This document shows, in pieces, positions 59,408 through 64,000 of a DNA stretch of 64,000 nucleotides. This DNA is from Arcobacteraceae bacterium. Lineage in GTDB: Bacteria > Campylobacterota > Campylobacteria > Campylobacterales > Arcobacteraceae. The position numbers and the translations under genes are program-made. The stretch lies in assembly GCA_963662945.1 (NCBI GenBank), contig OY759974.1, forward strand, positions 704,001 through 768,000. The letters are read 5' to 3'. Position 1 is the first letter of the stretch, and every line of letters starts with the position of its first letter. The notes below the pieces were generated by a model, which searched no databases, had not been told where the DNA came from, and saw nothing but the letters and a program-made list of their open reading frames with translations.

Positions 59408-61969
59408 TTACTCTTCAAGTTTAAAAATAATTTTAAAACAAGCACCTTTATAATCTTTATCTTGATATTGAAACTCATCATTATAGACATAAATTGTTTG
59501 ATGGTGTCTTTGAGTGATAATTTTATGACTCATTGAAAGTCCCAATCCTGTACCATTTGATTGGTGTTTAGTAGTAAAGTATGGTTCAAAAATTCTTTCA
59601 ATAATAGAAGAAGGAATACCTCCTCCATTATCACAAATTTTTAACTCTAAACTTGCATTATCTAAACTTTTTGTAGAAATAAATATCCTTCTATCACTTT
59701 CTTCTGTATTTTCTATAAGTGCATCTTTAGCATTATTGATTATATTTATTAGTGCCTGTTGTAATTCATTTTTATTTGCATTTATTTGTAAATCATCTTC
59801 TATAGATAAAATTAATTTTATATAATTATTTGAAAGAGAAGCTTTTAAAAGATTTAAGGTATCTTCTAATACTTCACTTACTGAAACTAGTTTAAATGAC
59901 ACATCTCCTTTAATAAAATTTCTAAAATCATCAATAGTTTTAGAAAGATATTGTACATTTTCATTTATAGAATCACATGTTTCATTAAATGTTTTATCAT
60001 CAAGTAGTCCATATTCTTTTTGTACTTTCATACCAGTTGCACTTGTAGAGATCACAGAAAGTGGTTGTCTCCACTGATGTGCAATATTTCCTATCATTTC
60101 ACCCATAGAAGCTAATTTTGACTGTTCTTCTAAAAGTTTGAGTGCCGTTATATCTTTTGTAACTATCAAAATTCTATGTTTATCAGGTAATAAAGAAACA
60201 CTCATATTGATTACTATTCTTTTATTGTCTTTAACAATACATGTTTTCTGATAATTCTCAATATAACCAACTTTGAAGATTAAAGCTAATGCTTCAGTAC
60301 TTCGTTGCTTATCTTCTGGTGCAGTAAGTTCAATACAAGATTTTTCCATTAACTCTTCTCTTGTAAAACCTGTCATTTCTAAATAAGCTTGATTAAAATT
60401 AATAAAATGTGATTCTTTATCTAGTATAGCAATACCATCTTTTGAAGTATTAAAAATTGTTTCAAACTCTAATTTTTGTTCTAATATTTGCGCTGCAATC
60501 TCTTTTTGTTTTGTAATATCTCTTACTGAAGTATAGATATAATCTGTCTCTGAAATAGTAATTTTAATACTTGTTATTGAAGCATCGTATATTGAACCAT
60601 CTTTTCTTTTATGAATTGTTTCTATAGTTGTTTGTGTATTAGAAATATTTTGTATAATATTAAGTAATTCTTTCTTTGAATATTTCCCATCCCAATCATA
60701 GATGTATAATTCTTCCATCTCCCTCTCATCATATCCAAGAAGATGCATAGCCATTTTACTATACTCTAAAAGTTTTCCATCCATATTCAAAATAAAAATA
60801 CCATCTGATGCAAAATCAAGCATTGATTTATATTTGTATTTTTCAAATTCAAATTTTTCTGAAATTTCAGAAATACTATGATAACTAGCTTCTAACTCTT
60901 CATACATCTCTTCTATTTCTCGTGCATTTTCTTGTGCTTTTTCTTGTGAATGTTGCAGTTCTTCATTTAATTTTTTAAGTTTTTCTATATTTAATAAATT
61001 TTTACTAAATAATTTTACAATAATAAGTGTTACAATAAATGAACTCATAAAAGTAAAAAAAGTAACGATGAAAAACTGAAAATTAGAATCTTGATTTTGT
61101 TGTTCTATATATGATTTTTTGAGTTGCAAAATAAGATGTAACCCACCATAAATTGGTACATCTAGTTTTTTAGAAACAAAGTTTTTTGTTTCTAATAATT
61201 CACTATCAAGAATTTGTTTATACATTTTTGGAAAATCAGAAGCAATTGTATATTGAGGTTTAGAATAATATCCCCAACTTTTTGTATCTTGATAATGATG
61301 TAGAGTAAAACCTTCATTATCGCACAATATCATATCATATAAGGGTGTATTTGTAAACTCTTTAAAAAACTCATCCATTAAATAGTTTACTATTAAAACT
61401 CCACCAAATTTTCCGTCTTTACTCACAGGAAGCATGGCTCTAATAGTAGGACGATAAGGAATTTCAACTTTTCCTTGTTCTATATTAAGATCAAGTGCAG
61501 AAAACCAAACTTCTTCTAAAGGTTTTATTTTTGAGTTGAAAAAATAATATCTATTTGATTTATTTTGAAGTTTTTCAAGAGGGATAATATGTGGTTGTAA
61601 CTTTTCTTTGTCTCTATCAATTCTTATTTTTTCAAAACCGTTTTTATCAATAAATCTTAGTTGCATAAATGAAGTTTGAGACATTGCATATGATAAAAAG
61701 ATATTTTCTAAAGATTTTTGTCCTGTTCCATTTTTTAAATATGTTTCAAAACTATTCAATTGTCTGATTGATTGTAATGTTTGTTCTGACTGAAACAAAA
61801 ATTTTTTTATATAATTTTCTCTTTCTTTTGTTTTATAAACTGCATTATGCAATGCTATTCTTTGAGCATTATTTCCAAAAAATAATTTTTCTATAGCTAC
61901 ATCTACTATAGACACAATTATTGCAAAAACAATAAATATTATAAAAAGATTTAATTTTGCTTTATTCAT
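59408..61969 (-). CDS. Cache-PAS-PAS sensor histidine kinase (no adjacent regulator)
   Basis: QLRFID..KSNRYYF Cache-like region, two [23 protein letters not shown]. Confidence 0.9.
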   Translation of the reverse strand: MNKAKLNLFIIFIVFAIIVSIVDVAIEKLFFGNNAQRIALHNAVYKTKERENYIKKFLFQSEQTLQSIRQLNSFETYLKNGTGQKSLENIFLSYAMSQTSFMQLRFIDKNGFEKIRIDRDKEKLQPHIIPLEKLQNKSNRYYFFNSKIKPLEEVWFSALDLNIEQGKVEIPYRPTIRAMLPVSKDGKFGGVLIVNYLMDEFFKEFTNTPLYDMILCDNEGFTLHHYQDTKSWGYYSKPQYTIASDFPKMYKQILDSELLETKNFVSKKLDVPIYGGLHLILQLKKSYIEQQNQDSNFQFFIVTFFTFMSSFIVTLIIVKLFSKNLLNIEKLKKLNEELQHSQEKAQENAREIEEMYEELEASYHSISEISEKFEFEKYKYKSMLDFASDGIFILNMDGKLLEYSKMAMHLLGYDEREMEELYIYDWDGKYSKKELLNIIQNISNTQTTIETIHKRKDGSIYDASITSIKITISETDYIYTSVRDITKQKEIAAQILEQKLEFETIFNTSKDGIAILDKESHFINFNQAYLEMTGFTREELMEKSCIELTAPEDKQRSTEALALIFKVGYIENYQKTCIVKDNKRIVINMSVSLLPDKHRILIVTKDITALKLLEEQSKLASMGEMIGNIAHQWRQPLSVISTSATGMKVQKEYGLLDDKTFNETCDSINENVQYLSKTIDDFRNFIKGDVSFKLVSVSEVLEDTLNLLKASLSNNYIKLILSIEDDLQINANKNELQQALINIINNAKDALIENTEESDRRIFISTKSLDNASLELKICDNGGGIPSSIIERIFEPYFTTKHQSNGTGLGLSMSHKIITQRHHQTIYVYNDEFQYQDKDYKGACFKIIFKLEE

Positions 61970-62120
61970 TACAATTCCTAATATATAATGACAACTTATT
62001 ATTATAAAACTATATATTTTAATTTATCTTAAAAAATAAAGTTATTATAATCAACACACAAAGGCAAAAAACTACAATACTGAAATTTGCTGTACTCTAT
62101 ATCTAATGATACTATAACAT

Positions 62121-62140
62121 TGTCACATCTAATGTCACAT
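62121..62140. promoter_or_regulatory. Direct repeat TGTCACAT-N4-TGTCACAT, putative transcription-factor site
   Basis: Exact 8-mer repeat in the divergent kinase/CBS intergenic region. Confidence 0.4.
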
Positions 62141-62225
62141 TTTTATAAAAATTGAATAATTATTAATGTTTGATTTATTTTTCGTTATATGTCATAATAT
62201 AAAAAATAATAAAGAAGGTTGTATT

Positions 62226-62852
62226 ATGTTTGCAATGTATGATGATGATGGATTAAATTTTCGAAGTACTATCGATAATCTTTACACTGTACATGAAATT
62301 GCACCTAGTAAGAGAATAAAAAATGATACTAAAGAAAATAAAAATAGTAGCAAATTTGATACCTTTTATAAAGGAAAAATAGATCAAGAAGCAAAAGATA
62401 AATATAAACAAATAGCAAATCTTGATACGCGTGTTGAAATATTTCATGTTGAACAAATTATGTCACATACTGCTGTTATAATTAGTGATACTCAATCTAT
62501 CAGTGAATGTTATGATATGATGCAAGAAAATGAAGTACAACAACTACTTATACAAGCAGATAACTTCAATCATCTCAAAGGGATGGTAACAAAACATGAT
62601 ATTTTAAACTACTTTATGGAAAATGTTGAAAATAGAAACATTCTAAATACGCCAATATCAGAAATTGCAAAAAACAAAATTATTACAACTGATCCTATAT
62701 CTGATATAAGAAGAGTTGCAAAAGTTATGATAGATTTTAATCTTAATGCAATTCCTGTTGTAGATGGAGAAGAAAATATATTAGGTGTAGTTACTAGACA
62801 TGATATAGTTGATGCTGTATCAAATATACCTCATCTTCAAATTTGGGCTTGA
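62226..62852 (+). CDS. CBS-domain pair protein
   Basis: VEQIMSH..GMVTKHDI; AIPVVD..GVVTRHDI; ATG 62226 after GAAGG. Confidence 0.85.
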   Translation: MFAMYDDDGLNFRSTIDNLYTVHEIAPSKRIKNDTKENKNSSKFDTFYKGKIDQEAKDKYKQIANLDTRVEIFHVEQIMSHTAVIISDTQSISECYDMMQENEVQQLLIQADNFNHLKGMVTKHDILNYFMENVENRNILNTPISEIAKNKIITTDPISDIRRVAKVMIDFNLNAIPVVDGEENILGVVTRHDIVDAVSNIPHLQIWA

Positions 62853-63805
62853 TAAGTCTGAATATACTTTTCAATAATTTCTACAGCTTTATTTTCTATA
62901 CGAACTTCTAAATCCATCAAGTAAAGATTTTCTAAATTAAATTGTTCTAGTTTCACCATATCTTTTGCTGTAGTTATTATTGCACTATCTGGGTATTTTG
63001 TAGTTATCATGTTTATATCTTCTTGGGTAAAATTATGATGATCTTCAAAAATAACTGTTGAGATATTTTTTGGCAAATATTCTAAAAGTCTATATGCTTT
63101 TGAAATGGCAGTTACTAAGATGATATTCTCTGGTAATATTTCTACTATTTTTCCATCTTTTTTAAAGGTAACAACTCTTTTGAAATCTTGATTTTCTCTT
63201 AAAACACTATCAGCAAAAGCGTACATCATCTTTGTATCTCTGTATCCTCCACTAGGAAGACAAAATATATTTGTAGGTTCCTCTTTAGGACGAATTAGTA
63301 TATCAAATTTTTTTATCTCATGATGTCTATAACCATCATCTAAAAATACAATTTTTGCCCCTAATTCTCTAGCTTTTAAGACACCATCTGTTCTATTCTC
63401 ACTTACAATGACAGTTGCATTTGGTAAAGACTGAGCTAGCAGCATCGCTTCATCACCACTAGTTTGAATATTTTCTAATATTTTCCCATTGTTAGATATT
63501 ACAGAAAGACCTTTTGATACTCTTCCATACCCTCTTAACACTATAGCAACATTTTCTCTTTCTTTTGCAAGTGCAATAATTACAGGAGTTTTTCCAGTTC
63601 CACCAACTAATAAATTACCAACACTAATAACAGGAATACCTAAGTCTATAGTCTTTTTTGATAATCGTTTGTATGCTGTAATCACACAATATAAAATAGT
63701 AAAAGGGAAAAGTAAAATCCCAACTAACCTTTGAAAAGGTGTTGGGAAAAATAGATATTGTTCAATCCATTTTATAAGAAAGCTTTTGAAAAATGTTAAA
63801 TCCAC
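62837..63805 (-). CDS. lpxK: Tetraacyldisaccharide 4'-kinase
   Basis: SVGNLLVGGTGKTP, RGYG, GDE, LDDGYRH, FEDHH, TTAKD. Confidence 0.93.
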   Translation of the reverse strand: MDLTFFKSFLIKWIEQYLFFPTPFQRLVGILLFPFTILYCVITAYKRLSKKTIDLGIPVISVGNLLVGGTGKTPVIIALAKERENVAIVLRGYGRVSKGLSVISNNGKILENIQTSGDEAMLLAQSLPNATVIVSENRTDGVLKARELGAKIVFLDDGYRHHEIKKFDILIRPKEEPTNIFCLPSGGYRDTKMMYAFADSVLRENQDFKRVVTFKKDGKIVEILPENIILVTAISKAYRLLEYLPKNISTVIFEDHHNFTQEDINMITTKYPDSAIITTAKDMVKLEQFNLENLYLMDLEVRIENKAVEIIEKYIQTYQAQI

Positions 63806-64000
63806 TCTTGTGCTACACTCTTAATAGTATCACATACATACTCAACATCTTCATCGCTCATCGCAGGATAAATTGGTAAAGATAAAATTTGCCCATAAGT
63901 AGTTAAAGCATTGCCAAATGTTGTAATTTTTAATTTATATTTCTTTTTATAATATGTTAAAAGATGTAAAGGAATATAGTGTAATCCAGTTGAAACACCT
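63796..64000 (-). CDS. DegT/DnrJ/EryC1/StrS aminotransferase, C-terminal part (partial)
   Basis: Manual translation VSTGLHYIPLHLL..ILSLPIYPAMSDEDVEYVCDTIKSVAQEWI*. Confidence 0.85.
   Translation of the reverse strand, partial: GVSTGLHYIPLHLLTYYKKKYKLKITTFGNALTTYGQILSLPIYPAMSDEDVEYVCDTIKSVAQEWI

Overview
AT-rich chromosomal window from a Campylobacterota bacterium, most likely Arcobacteraceae. This is inferred from protein style, unfused rpoB/rpoC and the epsilon-type short Adk. From left to right it holds: a partial REC-PAS-GGDEF-EAL gene; a lipoprotein plus two AsmA/DUF748-like envelope proteins; and a nitrogen-fixation accessory cluster (nifN, nifX, DUF269, flavodoxin, atypical P-II, nifW, nifZ, two [2Fe-2S] ferredoxins, rpoN) with a clear sigma54 promoter. 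Next come a two-component/RND/TolC/EF-hand module with a shared promoter motif, a Cache-PAS-GGDEF-EAL gene, an ABC/Cys-rich membrane protein operon and moxR. The core follows: tRNA-tuf-rpmG-secE-nusG-rplKAJL-rpoBC, murD-mraY, gpmI, PBP1A, two head-to-head adenylate kinases and moeA. The window ends with a B12 glutamate mutase operon (S, E, L) closed by an adenylate-forming enzyme instead of methylaspartase, then an RraA-family gene, gltA, a PAS kinase, a CBS protein, lpxK and a partial DegT aminotransferase. Best candidates for undescribed biology are (1) the glutamate mutase + adenylation-enzyme operon, (2) a FeSII/Shethna-II-like ferredoxin, atypical P-II and Cys-tailed NifW in a nif module carrying its own sigma54, and (3) an OmpR-type regulon linking an RND pump with a multi-EF-hand protein. 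All family calls come from visible motifs and recalled sequences; no searches were run. No mobile element, CRISPR or rRNA was seen.
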